Shown here piece after piece: positions 37,099-47,258 of a stretch of DNA of 52,861 nt. Below the pieces are notes generated by a model, which saw only the letters and a program-made list of their open reading frames with translations, was not told the DNA's origin and did not search any database. Every line of letters starts with the position of its first letter. Position 1 is the stretch's first letter. The position numbers and the translations under genes were made by a program. This DNA comes from a virus (taxonomy: Duplodnaviria > Caudoviricetes): the IMG/VR virus record IMGVR_UViG_3300033149_002181, positions 1 to 52,861 of that record. One strand, 5' to 3'.

Positions 37099-37803
37099 TT
37101 ATGGAATATACACAGGTTTACCCGTAAGTTCCTGAATCTCCCGCTTAAACCTCTCAGCGTCACTATTCTCATCAGAGAGATGCAGAAGCCATATCTCCTC
37201 CACCTGGCTCAGGTCATTAGCCCGGAGAAATTCTTTTACGTTCTCTAGACTGAAATGCGATTGAATAAGCCGGTTTTTCATAGCCATTGGTATCACTCCC
37301 GATTCGACGTTGCGGTCAAGAATGTCGTAAGAATGGTTGCATTCGACCATGATATGGCTTAATCTGTTGAATCGATACCGAATATAATATGTATCAGTCG
37401 CATATAAGAGCTTTTCGCCGGTTCTGTTTGCCAGTAGGAACCCCAGAGGTTCCGCGGCATCGTGCTGAACATCGAATGGGAGAATGGTCCAGGTACCGAT
37501 TTTGAATTGTTCTTTGGGCTTTACAACCTTTATCCGGTGGAAAATAGGAATGCCTAATGCCTCTCTGGTTCCTTCACTCATGTAAATATCGATTCCATAT
37601 TTGGCTAATTTAAAGAATTCCATACTGTGATCGTTATGTTCATGAGATATGAGGCACCCAATTATATCTGACATCTGAAAATTCAACTTCCTTCGAATCC
37701 CATCAAACCGTATCCCGCACTCCAGAAGGAGCGGGGTCTTGCCATCAGTCACGTGATAGCAATTCCCCGCACTCCCGGAGGCCAGGGCCCGAATCCCAAT
37801 CAA
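37099..37803 (-). CDS. MBL-fold metallo-hydrolase (putative exonuclease partner of RecT)
   Basis: ASGSAGN, SHEHNDH, HD, TDT, ECNH, LHLS. Confidence 0.9.
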   Translation of the reverse strand: MIGIRALASGSAGNCYHVTDGKTPLLLECGIRFDGIRRKLNFQMSDIIGCLISHEHNDHSMEFFKLAKYGIDIYMSEGTREALGIPIFHRIKVVKPKEQFKIGTWTILPFDVQHDAAEPLGFLLANRTGEKLLYATDTYYIRYRFNRLSHIMVECNHSYDILDRNVESGVIPMAMKNRLIQSHFSLENVKEFLRANDLSQVEEIWLLHLSDENSDAERFKREIQELTGKPVYIP

Positions 37804-38645
37804 AAACCCGGACCTTCTTTCTCCTCTTTTTTTGGTTCAAGCTTGAATTCCTCGGCGGATTCCTCTTCTTGAACCTCGGCCTCGATATCGATTGTTTCAG
37901 AATTGGCGTTGGCTTCGATCTCCTCGGCCACCCCGCTTTCCTCGTTGAAGTCTCCGTCATTAGTAAGGGCGGTCATCATTTCGGTTGAGAGGAATCCGTA
38001 GTGAGACAGGAGTTTTCGAATTACAGTTTTTTGTGCCATCTCATCAAAGTTTGTTTTCCAAGCTGAGGAATTGCTCTTGAATGATGGGCTATACCGTTTG
38101 GCATGTGCCAGGACCTCATCCTTAGTCATATACACCGTCTTTGAAAACCCATTCAAGAGTTCCATATATGCAAAGTATCCTTGGGGTTTATCGCTGGTCG
38201 GTTCGCCTGAAAACTCAATCCTACCGGTCAGAATATCTCTATTGACTCCAACTCCCTCTTGGATTATACCAGCGTTGATATACCGATACTGTCCGGTTCT
38301 CATAGCCAACTGTATATATCCTTTGTAACCGATTTGGAATTGCGGAATTGGGACGTTGTTTTTCTTGTATGGTACAATCCAGGCAAATCCAAGCTGTTTG
38401 TTAATAGGGAGTTTCAAAGTGGCAGCTTTAAGTGCTTCCATGACGACCTGATTCGGATCACACTTCTGGAGATAAGTATCGCTGCTATAAAGGTCAATGA
38501 TAGAGGCCACGAATGCCCCGGTATTTTCCTGGAGAGCATTTTTAAATTGCTGTTGTACGCTCTCGGCATTGAGGACTGCTTTAAGTTTATTAACAGAGGA
38601 TATCGTTATTTGATTTTTATTTTTCGAACTTGCCATTATTGGCAC
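37800..38645 (-). CDS. recT: RecT-family single-strand annealing protein
   Basis: LGFAWIVPY, QFQIGYKGYIQLAMRTGQY, W..NFDEMAQKTV. Confidence 0.93.
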   Translation of the reverse strand: MPIMASSKNKNQITISSVNKLKAVLNAESVQQQFKNALQENTGAFVASIIDLYSSDTYLQKCDPNQVVMEALKAATLKLPINKQLGFAWIVPYKKNNVPIPQFQIGYKGYIQLAMRTGQYRYINAGIIQEGVGVNRDILTGRIEFSGEPTSDKPQGYFAYMELLNGFSKTVYMTKDEVLAHAKRYSPSFKSNSSAWKTNFDEMAQKTVIRKLLSHYGFLSTEMMTALTNDGDFNEESGVAEEIEANANSETIDIEAEVQEEESAEEFKLEPKKEEKEGPGF

Positions 38646-40582
38646 ACCTCCACGTTTAATTTATTGTATTTTTTCCGGTCATTTTCCGTCTCAATCTCCG
38701 GTTTGATTAACCTGATAACTTGGGCTTTCATTATCGGTAAGGTGGTCACCGATTCGGCATTATCGATGAATATCGGCGCCCAAAAACCGTAATGCTCCGA
38801 AAGAGTATTAATAATGTCCAGTCCCACGATGATCCGGTGCCCGGAATTGAGACCAGATGAATATGGAACGCCATTATATAATGTCTCACAGCATTCCTCC
38901 ACCCCGCCATTGACAAGCTGGTTAAAGAGCTTGAATTTAGCCAGCTTGAACCGGGAATTGATTTTTCCCTCCAGCAGATTGACCTTGGTTCGGATAAATT
39001 CTTCGGTGAGATAAAGCTCATGTTCCAGCTTCTCATATTCCTTGGCAAGCTGCTTTTCCTGCGCCTCAAGCTCTTTGATCCGGGTCTGCCCTTGGCGGTA
39101 TTGATTCATCTTTTGTTTGGATTCTTCGAGGGTCTCCAGAGCCGTTTCAAAATGTCCAATCTCCTCCTGGAGCTTTGCGACAGTCTCCTGGCTCCCGGCT
39201 TTTAAATCGGTGATAGCTGCCTCCAAAGTCGCTTTCTCTTTCGACTTGGTCATATACGCCGGGGTCTTGATATCGCCAGCGCAAAGTTGGTCGATTTCTG
39301 CTTTGATTTGTGCGATCTGAGTCTCAAATTTCTGAATTTCTTGGCGTGTTTCTTTGGCTTGTTTAGATTGTTTTTTGTTCTCGGCTTTGGCGCGCTCGAG
39401 AGCGGACCTTTTTTCTTGCCCTTCTGCATTGATTCGTTCAAGTTCTTCTGCCTTCTGGCGGCTGAAATTAGTTCTGGCTTCCTCGATTTTTTCTGCCGGT
39501 AATACCTGTCCGCAGGTTGGGCAAGTATCGGGTGCGGAGAATTCGCGGGAGTTGACTTCATGCCATTTGTCGCGGAGCCGTTGGATCTCTTTTTCAAGTG
39601 ATTCTAAGCTCATCATCGGCGGGTTCGCTTTTGGCCGCAATTCCGCTATTTTGTCTTGTAATTCCATAATCTTTCTGCGTTTGCTGGTGGCTTGCGTCTC
39701 AATATTGGCTCGGAATTCATTCTCAATTTGAAGTAGTTCGCTTTCAACCTGCCGAAGTTGTTTTGTCTTTTCCGCAATCTCCCCACCGTTTTCTATCCGG
39801 CTTAATTCGGCTTGCTTCTTGTTTATTTCATTTTTCAGTTTCTGAATATCTTCAGAGAGCTTGTCCGGAACGATTCCGCTGATGTCCGGCAGGTTCCGCT
39901 CCACTTCATCAATCCGGGTCGGGATTTTCTCAAGTTCATCATTGATTTTCTTCTTCTTGCTGGCGATGAGTTTTCGGTGCTCATCTATGTCCCGGTCACC
40001 CAGGATTTTAGCCAGGTTCCGGAGTTCTTCGTTAGCATACATAACCTCCTCATTCGATACATCACCGCAGATCCTGAGAAGCGTTTTCCGCCGCTCTGTC
40101 CAGTGAAGCTGTTCGTTGAAATACGTCGGCGAAGTTAACAGCATAAAGACCTTCTCGTCAATCAGTTCCGCGATCCGGGCTTCATACTCGCCTTTCTTCA
40201 CTGGGACATCGTTGATGTAATAGTTTGTTGTATGGCCGGTGAAAACGGCTTTAGCTTGTCCGCGCTTTTTGGTCCATTTCTCGGAAAAGACTTTTTTCAA
40301 TGTCATCTGCTTTTCATTGATTGAAATAACTCCCTCGACCTCATGCTCCAGGCCATGAATTGGCTCATTATTTTCATCAAGAGTTTTGATCGGGAATTCC
40401 TTGACTCCTCGGCTGTCTTTGTCAAACAGAAGCCATGACCAACCGTCCGCCAGGGTTGTTTTGTACGTTGCATTGTCGCCGCGGACATTGGCGTTTTTGC
40501 CTTCGGGACGGAGTTCAAAGTCACGAAGACCTTTAAAGTTTCGGTATTTAAGGCTCATCAATCTAATCTCAGTCAAGTACAT
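38636..40582 (-). CDS. SMC/Rad50-like coiled-coil ATPase
   Basis: NFKG, GDNATYKTT Walker A, CPTCGQ zinc hook, LNSG signature, PIFIDNAES Walker B. Confidence 0.88.
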   Translation of the reverse strand: MYLTEIRLMSLKYRNFKGLRDFELRPEGKNANVRGDNATYKTTLADGWSWLLFDKDSRGVKEFPIKTLDENNEPIHGLEHEVEGVISINEKQMTLKKVFSEKWTKKRGQAKAVFTGHTTNYYINDVPVKKGEYEARIAELIDEKVFMLLTSPTYFNEQLHWTERRKTLLRICGDVSNEEVMYANEELRNLAKILGDRDIDEHRKLIASKKKKINDELEKIPTRIDEVERNLPDISGIVPDKLSEDIQKLKNEINKKQAELSRIENGGEIAEKTKQLRQVESELLQIENEFRANIETQATSKRRKIMELQDKIAELRPKANPPMMSLESLEKEIQRLRDKWHEVNSREFSAPDTCPTCGQVLPAEKIEEARTNFSRQKAEELERINAEGQEKRSALERAKAENKKQSKQAKETRQEIQKFETQIAQIKAEIDQLCAGDIKTPAYMTKSKEKATLEAAITDLKAGSQETVAKLQEEIGHFETALETLEESKQKMNQYRQGQTRIKELEAQEKQLAKEYEKLEHELYLTEEFIRTKVNLLEGKINSRFKLAKFKLFNQLVNGGVEECCETLYNGVPYSSGLNSGHRIIVGLDIINTLSEHYGFWAPIFIDNAESVTTLPIMKAQVIRLIKPEIETENDRKKYNKLNVEVCQ

Positions 40583-40781
40583 CCTCTCCTTTCATACACT
40601 TCCTACACTCTCCATTCGGCCCGGCCTCGCCCCTCTTGACCACCCGCCCACACCGAGGACAAAGCTCTCTCAGGTAGCGATCTAAATAGCGATCTAAATA
40701 GCGATCTAAACAACGTAAGCACATAAATACAGCAACTGTCATACTTATAAGAACCAGGATCTCTTTGAAAATGGCATTCAT
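40569..40781 (-). CDS. Small membrane/zinc protein containing a 12-bp tandem repeat (LDRY x3)
   Basis: tagcgatctaaa x3 at 40675-40710; CPRC and CRKC. Confidence 0.5.
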   Translation of the reverse strand: MNAIFKEILVLISMTVAVFMCLRCLDRYLDRYLDRYLRELCPRCGRVVKRGEAGPNGECRKCMKGEDVLD

Positions 40782-41047
40782 CTCCTCACCACCGAAAACA
40801 AATATTCATGCGTCCGCAGGTCTTTCCGTAGATCCCGAGCTTTTCGTATTCGGAAGATTATGGACAAATGAACCACCTCCGTATATAATGGAATTGTCAG
40901 TATTTTTGTTATGGCCTCTTTTGAGGCATTTTTTATTTAAGGCTCCCAGTATGATATCTCGTCTTCGATAGCTGCGTTTAGGTCCGCTATAGTTTTGATT
41001 GGTTCATATTTCTCATCGTTTGCAAAAGTCGTTAATTCGTCTTCTAA

Positions 41048-41650
41048 TTACCCTGCATTAATAAATATTCTAAGATTTTTCAATAATCGGAGTAACTCGT
41101 TATAAACCATTTTCACTCTTTCCCTTCCCTTTACGTTACTCCTTAATTTTTTTTGTATAATATTAAGCTGTTTTTCACGTTCAGCGTTCTTGGTTGCGAC
41201 CCGTATAACTGCGAGGTTAGCTGCGGTCCAGGCTATGGTTTCGGCCTCGGTTTTAACTGCGATTCTAGTTGCAGTCATGATTATACTTTTAGCAATATCG
41301 GGTATGGTTTGGGCTGCATATCTAACTGTGTCTAATTCTTCTTTTGTTGCTCGACCTCGTATATATCTCCGTGCAGTTTCTATTACTACACGAGGTCTGT
41401 CGTCATTTGGATATTTTTCTTCGTATATATGCAATGTGCTCTCAGCAAAGTCACACGCTAATTCCTGTAATTCCCGCTCGCTAAAAAATTCATTATGCAG
41501 CAGGGCCCAAACTCGATCTTCCGCCGGTATGTCAAGATCAAGAATTTCTATTGCGCTTAAAGTCTCGCGTCCGGCGAAAAGTTCTTTAATTCGTTCTTCA
41601 ATGTAACACGGGTTCCAGTTCATTACATCCTTTAGGGTTACTGTTTTCAC
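41048..41650 (-). CDS. Imm5-like domain protein
   Basis: LACDFAE..L.IYE..YP.DDRPR..IE.AR motif. Confidence 0.6.
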   Translation of the reverse strand: MKTVTLKDVMNWNPCYIEERIKELFAGRETLSAIEILDLDIPAEDRVWALLHNEFFSERELQELACDFAESTLHIYEEKYPNDDRPRVVIETARRYIRGRATKEELDTVRYAAQTIPDIAKSIIMTATRIAVKTEAETIAWTAANLAVIRVATKNAEREKQLNIIQKKLRSNVKGRERVKMVYNELLRLLKNLRIFINAG

Positions 41651-41692
41651 TTTATGTCACCCCCCGTTTCATTTTTCTAAAATGATTTCCCC

Positions 41693-41977
41693 TCAATCCT
41701 TCCCCGGCTTTATAAAGTTTTCAATGAGATTTCGGGGGATTTTCCTCCCTCCGAAACGCGAACATTTTTTGCCCCAATATACATCACATTTATGGGGGCA
41801 ACCTAACTGCCGACATTCCGCCTCTGCATGCCGGCCCTCAGCCCGCAGTTTTATGATCAACCGTGTCATCCAAATATTCCGGGCGAAATTCTTTTTCTGC
41901 CAAGTTGTTTCAGGAACGATATCCTTGTGAGGATATGTATCAATAATGTTTCGCTCCCACTTTTCAAGCTGAATCAA
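41693..41977 (-). CDS. Hypothetical protein
   Basis: Overlapping operon arrangement. Confidence 0.4.
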   Translation of the reverse strand: MIQLEKWERNIIDTYPHKDIVPETTWQKKNFARNIWMTRLIIKLRAEGRHAEAECRQLGCPHKCDVYWGKKCSRFGGRKIPRNLIENFIKPGKD

Positions 41978-42248
41978 GAGTTTTCACCCCCCTATACTGC
42001 AGATTTTCGATCCTTTTGATTGTCCGATCTATGGCGCCTTGGACTTTTCTGTGTGTGCCGAACGAAACGACACTTGAACACATCGCCGTATTCATGACGT
42101 TGAATGCTCTTAGCCAAGAGCAAGTTCTCTGCTGTTCGCGCTGGAAATCTTCTCTATCTTCTATCATTTTTAGATCTTTCCAAAGCCTGAGAAGTAGCCA
42201 GGCGACTTCAGAGACATAATTGGAATCAACGTCCTGAATGCTTCTCAT
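41964..42248 (-). CDS. Hypothetical protein
   Basis: RBS GAGGTG; operon context. Confidence 0.5.
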   Translation of the reverse strand: MRSIQDVDSNYVSEVAWLLLRLWKDLKMIEDREDFQREQQRTCSWLRAFNVMNTAMCSSVVSFGTHRKVQGAIDRTIKRIENLQYRGVKTLDSA

Positions 42249-42423
42249 TTATTTCACCTCTCTCTATTTTTAAAATTTTTCTCGCCATAGCGCGGGCTTC
42301 CAGAATGTTACGATCAGTCAATTCATATGCGCAGAATTCAGCCAGTTTTAGCAGGTTTTCTCTCTCGACAGTCTCATCTATCTGATCCTGAAAGACTTCG
42401 CTCGCCTCATTTATTGCATCCAT
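42226..42423 (-). CDS. Hypothetical protein
   Basis: RBS AGGAGGTG; operon context. Confidence 0.5.
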   Translation of the reverse strand: MDAINEASEVFQDQIDETVERENLLKLAEFCAYELTDRNILEARAMARKILKIERGEINEKHSGR

Positions 42424-42454
42424 TTTTTCACCTCCTTTCTCTGTTTGTTCACTT

Positions 42455-42727
42455 TCACCACTCTGTACAAGCGATAATAAACGGTCCCTCGATATTGCTT
42501 TTTTTGATTACCTCGCGGAAAGTAGTTTTTTTCTGCAACATATCTCGATAGATGAAAACACCGTCTTTTGTTGTGATTGAACGAATTTGAGGATGCTTGT
42601 GCTCTTTCGGGTCTATATCCTCATCGTCAATACCGCATTCTTTTTTGTACCATTCTGCCGCTTCTTCAAGCGAATGAGCTGCCACCCAGGCACAATCATC
42701 CATTTGAAAAACTTTCATGTCAGACAC
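42455..42727 (-). CDS. Hypothetical phage protein
   Basis: MKVFQMDDCAWVAA.S.EEA..WY...PFIIACTEW pattern. Confidence 0.55.
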   Translation of the reverse strand: MSDMKVFQMDDCAWVAAHSLEEAAEWYKKECGIDDEDIDPKEHKHPQIRSITTKDGVFIYRDMLQKKTTFREVIKKSNIEGPFIIACTEW

Positions 42728-42765
42728 TCTTTTTCACCTCCTTTCACTGCTTGTTCATCCGGGCA

Positions 42766-42993
42766 TTAGGCCCGGAGGTTTTCACTGTTGACTTCCTGCT
42801 TCCCGTTTCGCACCCAACCAATGACATCTTGCTTGTAGATCCGCCACCCGCGGTTAAAGTGTTTGCAAGGAATTTCCCCGCTTGTCAGGAGTTTTATGGC
42901 GGTTCCATAGCCTACTCGGAGGTAGGCCATAAATTCCGCCAGGTTCATAACCTCTGGGAAATCTCGTTTTTCAGTTCTTTTTTTACGCGGCAT
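42766..42993 (-). CDS. Excisionase-like HTH_17 protein
   Basis: EVMNLAEFMAYLRV...GEIP.....GWRI.K. Confidence 0.75.
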   Translation of the reverse strand: MPRKKRTEKRDFPEVMNLAEFMAYLRVGYGTAIKLLTSGEIPCKHFNRGWRIYKQDVIGWVRNGKQEVNSENLRA

Positions 42994-43002
42994 GGTATCA
43001 CC

Positions 43003-43755
43003 TCAAATAATTTTCTTGCGAAAAACATCTAACAAAGCCTTTCTTCCGGCCTCGTTATACCGCCACGTTTGGACTTGCTTTGGAGAGTTTGGGGACTTAT
43101 CCCAAACATAGAGGCCATATCCAGGCGATTTTAGGTTGTGCCGGTTGGCGATCCGCCCGACCATATTGGCAGTGATGCCGAGTTCTTTGGCGATGTCTTC
43201 CGCGGAATAAGTTTTTTCGGTCTCTGGTAGCGGGAGTAATGGTTTTCCGGCTATAAGTTTGCTTGCGTGGGAATATAGAACTTGTTTGTACTCCTTGGGG
43301 ATATCGTTATCTTTGGCGATCTTGAGGAGTATGTTCGCCTGGCGGGAACGGGCATTTTTAAGACGGGCTTCAAGTTCAAGCTTTTTATATTTTTCAGCCA
43401 TCATCAGTTTAACCTCGCCTTTACGGAGACCTTCTAAAATTTCATATACCCAGTCGTAAAATTGGTCCGCTTTGGGTTGACGCGACCAGCGACAGATCTC
43501 GTAGACACCCTTGGCATTGTAAAGATAAGTGTTATATAGTTTCCCATCAGTACCGGACAGTTTGACCGTTACTGAAAATTTATCTAATCGTTCTTTGTTG
43601 CGTTCGTGAATTTTTCTGATGCTATCACCGGGATTTGAGTACTCCAAAGCTGTCCCAATTTGTTCCCTGGTCATCCATATTTCCTTGTCATCGCTGTAAA
43701 AATCACACTTTACCGTCCCAAAGTTTTCAGATTTGATTAAAGTCAAGTTAGTCAC
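43003..43755 (-). CDS. BRO-N domain antirepressor
   Basis: WMTREQIGTALEY...GVYEICRWSRQPKADQFYDWV. Confidence 0.85.
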   Translation of the reverse strand: MTNLTLIKSENFGTVKCDFYSDDKEIWMTREQIGTALEYSNPGDSIRKIHERNKERLDKFSVTVKLSGTDGKLYNTYLYNAKGVYEICRWSRQPKADQFYDWVYEILEGLRKGEVKLMMAEKYKKLELEARLKNARSRQANILLKIAKDNDIPKEYKQVLYSHASKLIAGKPLLPLPETEKTYSAEDIAKELGITANMVGRIANRHNLKSPGYGLYVWDKSPNSPKQVQTWRYNEAGRKALLDVFRKKII

Positions 43756-43993
43756 CTAATTCATCTCCTTTGAAATTAAACTCTATTTCAGAGTTAAATA
43801 CATCAGGAAAAAGTACTTCTTTAGGAACACCAAATAATTTTTCCAGAAATAACATTTTTTTAATCGGGGGAGTGGTTCGCCCAACTTCCCAGTGACTGTA
43901 TGTTTGTTGTGCTACACCACATTTTTTAGCAATATCTGCCTGGGATTGGCGTCCCCGCGCATTAATTAAAGAGTATCTCTTCATTAAAATCAC
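43748..43993 (-). CDS. Cro-like XRE regulator
   Basis: SQADIAKKCGVAQQTYSHWEVG; divergent from CI. Confidence 0.85.
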   Translation of the reverse strand: MILMKRYSLINARGRQSQADIAKKCGVAQQTYSHWEVGRTTPPIKKMLFLEKLFGVPKEVLFPDVFNSEIEFNFKGDELGD

Positions 43994-44014
43994 CTACCAT
44001 AAACTTTTATTTTG

Positions 44015-44044
44015 AGTATAACACAATAAAATAGAGTATGTCAA
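44015..44044 (-). promoter_or_regulatory. Lytic (cro) promoter in the immunity switch
   Basis: TTGACA, 18 nt, TATACT with extended TG; gagtat/atactc half-sites nearby may be operators. Confidence 0.6.
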
Positions 44045-44137
44045 TATTTTTTATAGTAATTTATTTATATATACTCATAAATCCAGTATAATACTTACTA
44101 ATATTTCTTGTATTTTCAGGAGGGAGCATGATATGAT

Positions 44138-44473
44138 ATGTTTAAAGAAAGATTAAAATTATTACGAATTGAAAAAGGATTAACTCAGGAACAACTGGGC
44201 AAAATGGTTAATCTTGCCCAACAAACAATAAGCCATTATGAGAAAGGTGCACTCCAACCTGATTTGAAGTCTTTAGTAGAATTTGCAAAGATATTTCAGA
44301 CAACAACAGACTATTTATTAGGAGTTACTAATGATCGATATAAACCCGAATATGCCAATACAGCTCATAAATTACTAAATGAACTAACGGAAAAAGAAAA
44401 AATGTATGTAAAGTCTTTCTTAAAATATTTAATAGCGCAGCGCGACGAACAAGCAGCAGCTGGGGGAAAGTAG
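44138..44473 (+). CDS. CI-like XRE repressor
   Basis: RLKLLRIEKGLTQEQLG...ISHYEKG...TTDYLLG. Confidence 0.9.
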   Translation: MFKERLKLLRIEKGLTQEQLGKMVNLAQQTISHYEKGALQPDLKSLVEFAKIFQTTTDYLLGVTNDRYKPEYANTAHKLLNELTEKEKMYVKSFLKYLIAQRDEQAAAGGK

Positions 44474-44617
44474 CGCTTTTTACCCCGCGAAATTAGGAGG
44501 TGGTGGAAGAGGTACTGTAAGAATAATTCTGGAGGGCCTTTTAAGTAAAAGATTATCGAAATAAGGAGGAGTGTTAAAACGAATAGAATCAAAAGATACT
44601 ACAGTACTAGTATTATT

Positions 44618-45331
44618 ATGTTAGTAGTATTGATAATGAAGTGCATATTATCAACTCCGGCAAACGCTAGCGAATGGAGGTCGGGACTCTCTTGTTCCAG
44701 CAAAGGACTCGGGATCAAATTAATTGAATATATAAATGGAGATTGGGGGTTTTTTGCAGACTCATTTATAACTGAAGATTCTAACAAAGAACTGGAAACA
44801 GTAACAACTAGGATAGGAGTGAAGATTTATTTAAATAAAATTAAGCGAGGTTATTTTTTAAATGGATCTATTTCATCTTATGAAAGTACCACGGGAGAAG
44901 GGCCTATAGATGGTTTTTCGCTTGGTTGTGGTTATATATATGACCTAAGTGATTCTTGGTTTGCTAATATTGAAACCGGATTTCTTTATTTAGGTAATAA
45001 TAATTCTGGATTTTATTTGGCAGGGTCTTGCGACCTTTCTTGGACATCACTTTTTAAAAACAGAAGGAAGAAAAGAGAAGAACAGTTAGCTAAAACAGGG
45101 TGGTCTAGGGAAATTATAAATGCAGTTATGGAACATAAAATAAGAGTAGGAATGACCATGGATCAAGTTTTAGAAAGCTGGGGGAATCCAGATTCAAAGT
45201 ATACCAGCGGTAATTATCAAATTTGGCAATATGAAACATTTTATTCTTATAGTGGTTATTATCATAGCTACACCCTTTATTTTACTAATGGTATACTAAA
45301 TCACTGGGACGAATATGAAAGTAATAATTAA
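44618..45331 (+). CDS. Secreted/outer-membrane-like protein with C-terminal SmpA/OmlA-like domain
   Basis: Signal peptide (ANA-SE), amphipathic beta strands, IRVGMTMDQVLESWGNP...WQY motif. Confidence 0.55.
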   Translation: MLVVLIMKCILSTPANASEWRSGLSCSSKGLGIKLIEYINGDWGFFADSFITEDSNKELETVTTRIGVKIYLNKIKRGYFLNGSISSYESTTGEGPIDGFSLGCGYIYDLSDSWFANIETGFLYLGNNNSGFYLAGSCDLSWTSLFKNRRKKREEQLAKTGWSREIINAVMEHKIRVGMTMDQVLESWGNPDSKYTSGNYQIWQYETFYSYSGYYHSYTLYFTNGILNHWDEYESNN

Positions 45332-45390
45332 TTGATTGCATAAGCTTAACGTTAATAATAAAGCATAAAAATAAGGGAGGGGGAACTATT

Positions 45391-46017
45391 TTGAAAAAAT
45401 TTAACTATTGTTTAACCGTTTTGTTACTGCTTGTAATATTAGCTGGTTGTTATTCTGAACCGGATGGGACATCGACGGGAAATGTAACAATAACCGGCTA
45501 TAAAATAGCCGCTGTTAATGGTGCAACAGAGTTAAAAACTGACTCCGTCGATACTCAATGGACGGCAACAGCAGGAAGTTTTGATAAGACAACCGGTGAT
45601 ACTGTAATTTGGAAGGCTCCGGCAACATCAGGAGTTTATCAAGTTAGTGCTAAATCTGGCGTACTGACAGGAACCGTAAATATAACAGTTAAAAGTACTC
45701 CATTAATAATTACGGGGTGGGAATTAGTTCCCGATTCAATAGGTGGTAAAGATATAAAAATAACTGTACAAAATAACGGTTCCAAAACAATAAATGCTTT
45801 TAGAGTATATATAGTAATGTGGAATAACTTCAACGAAAGAGTTGATTATTTAGGAGAGGATATTTTTAGTGGGATAGCTTCTGATGTATATATTCAACCA
45901 GGTAATTCCTCAGTACATACTTGGAGCTTATACTGGGCAACAGGAGTGACAAAGGCCCTTCCATGGGTTTACCAGATTGCATATACAGATGGAACAACTT
46001 GGAACTTATACGAGTAA
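45391..46017 (+). CDS. Lipoprotein (possible superinfection exclusion)
   Basis: Lipobox LAGC; Ig-like domains; lies between repressor and integrase. Confidence 0.65.
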   Translation: MKKFNYCLTVLLLLVILAGCYSEPDGTSTGNVTITGYKIAAVNGATELKTDSVDTQWTATAGSFDKTTGDTVIWKAPATSGVYQVSAKSGVLTGTVNITVKSTPLIITGWELVPDSIGGKDIKITVQNNGSKTINAFRVYIVMWNNFNERVDYLGEDIFSGIASDVYIQPGNSSVHTWSLYWATGVTKALPWVYQIAYTDGTTWNLYE

Positions 46018-46020
46018 ATT

Positions 46021-46040
46021 AAGCCCGGTCTCCGGGCTTT
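46021..46040 (+). terminator. Intrinsic terminator
   Basis: aagcccgg-tct-ccgggctt followed by T. Confidence 0.7.
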
Positions 46041-46066
46041 TAAAATAATGAATAGGTGGTGATCTC

Positions 46067-47197
46067 GTGGCCGGTAAGGGCTCGCTGGTCGAAAAGAATG
46101 GTAAGTGGTATCTAGTTTTAAGTATCAACGAAGGCGGTGGTAAATACCGTCAGAAGTGGCTTGCTCTCAAGGCAAAAACAAAAGCCGAAGCTAAAAAGGA
46201 ACAAAATCTTATCTGGGCCGAGCGAGAACGCGGAGAATGGGTGGAACCGGCTAAGATCACCGTGAACGAGATTTACGAACGGTGGATTTATCATCTTCGA
46301 AACCGGGCGAAACCGGCTGGCCGGCGGACGATAGAAGAGTATGAAAAAATATATCGAAACCACATCCGAGATTACTTGGGTCATGTAAAAATTCAGAAAC
46401 TGACCGCTAAGATGGTCCGGGAATTAATAGAATCGAAAGACAGCCCGCATAAGGCGCGTCGCACTTATGACGTGTTGAATGCCATGCTTAACCTGGCATA
46501 TAAGGATGGGGACACCGGAATTAAAGAAAATGTCTGCAAAAGGTTGACTCCGCCGAAACTCGAAAAGGGAGCCCCAGCATATTGGACGGCTGAACAGTGT
46601 AAACGGTTCCTCGCTGCCCTCCGGGATCACCGATACTATGCAGTTTTCCTTTGCGCCATGACTACTGGTATGAGGATCGGGGAAGTATTAGGGTTAAGGT
46701 GGCAAGACATTGATTTGAGGAAAAAAATTCTGTACGTAAATCAGAAGCTGGAAGCGAAGGAAAAAGGGAATCCTAAAATACAGATCGGGAATCCCAAAAC
46801 AAAAGCATCAAAAGCTCCAATTTTAATGACCGACTTACTAATAAAGGAGTTAAAAAGGGTCAAAGAGCGCCAGATGTTTGAAAAATCGGGGTATCTCGAA
46901 GAGTATGAGGATTTCGATTTTGTATTTAAGAATTTAAAAGGTGGGCCGGTTAACCTTGAATACCTGCGTCGGAAAGTCATGAATAAGGTAATTCGGGAAA
47001 TCGGCCTGCCGAGAATCCGAGTTCATGACCTCCGGCATTCTGCGGCAACTCTCCTCCGAAGTATGGGTGTGGACATACGGACTATCCAACGTTATCTCCG
47101 ACACGCCGATCTTTCCGCCACTCAAATATATACCCACGACGACGATGTGGAATTCTTGAGAGATGCGACGGAAAAAATGAACCAAGCCCTTCAATGA
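46067..47197 (+). CDS. int: Tyrosine integrase
   Basis: TGMRIGE, HDLRH, LRHA and TQIYTH catalytic motifs; N-terminal arm-binding and SAM-like domains. Confidence 0.96.
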   Translation: MAGKGSLVEKNGKWYLVLSINEGGGKYRQKWLALKAKTKAEAKKEQNLIWAERERGEWVEPAKITVNEIYERWIYHLRNRAKPAGRRTIEEYEKIYRNHIRDYLGHVKIQKLTAKMVRELIESKDSPHKARRTYDVLNAMLNLAYKDGDTGIKENVCKRLTPPKLEKGAPAYWTAEQCKRFLAALRDHRYYAVFLCAMTTGMRIGEVLGLRWQDIDLRKKILYVNQKLEAKEKGNPKIQIGNPKTKASKAPILMTDLLIKELKRVKERQMFEKSGYLEEYEDFDFVFKNLKGGPVNLEYLRRKVMNKVIREIGLPRIRVHDLRHSAATLLRSMGVDIRTIQRYLRHADLSATQIYTHDDDVEFLRDATEKMNQALQ

Positions 47198-47218
47198 GCC
47201 GAAAGGCTCTTATTTTTT
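47196..47218 (+). terminator. Integrase terminator
   Basis: gagcc-gaaa-ggctc followed by a T-rich tract. Confidence 0.7.
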
Positions 47219-47258
47219 ATGTACCGTTTTAAGTTCAGTCATGGTGCGGATTTGCAGA

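Noticed and set aside
40675-40710. 12-bp triple repeat as a regulatory array
   Set aside because: An in-frame coding duplication (LDRY x3) in a small ORF; most simply slippage.
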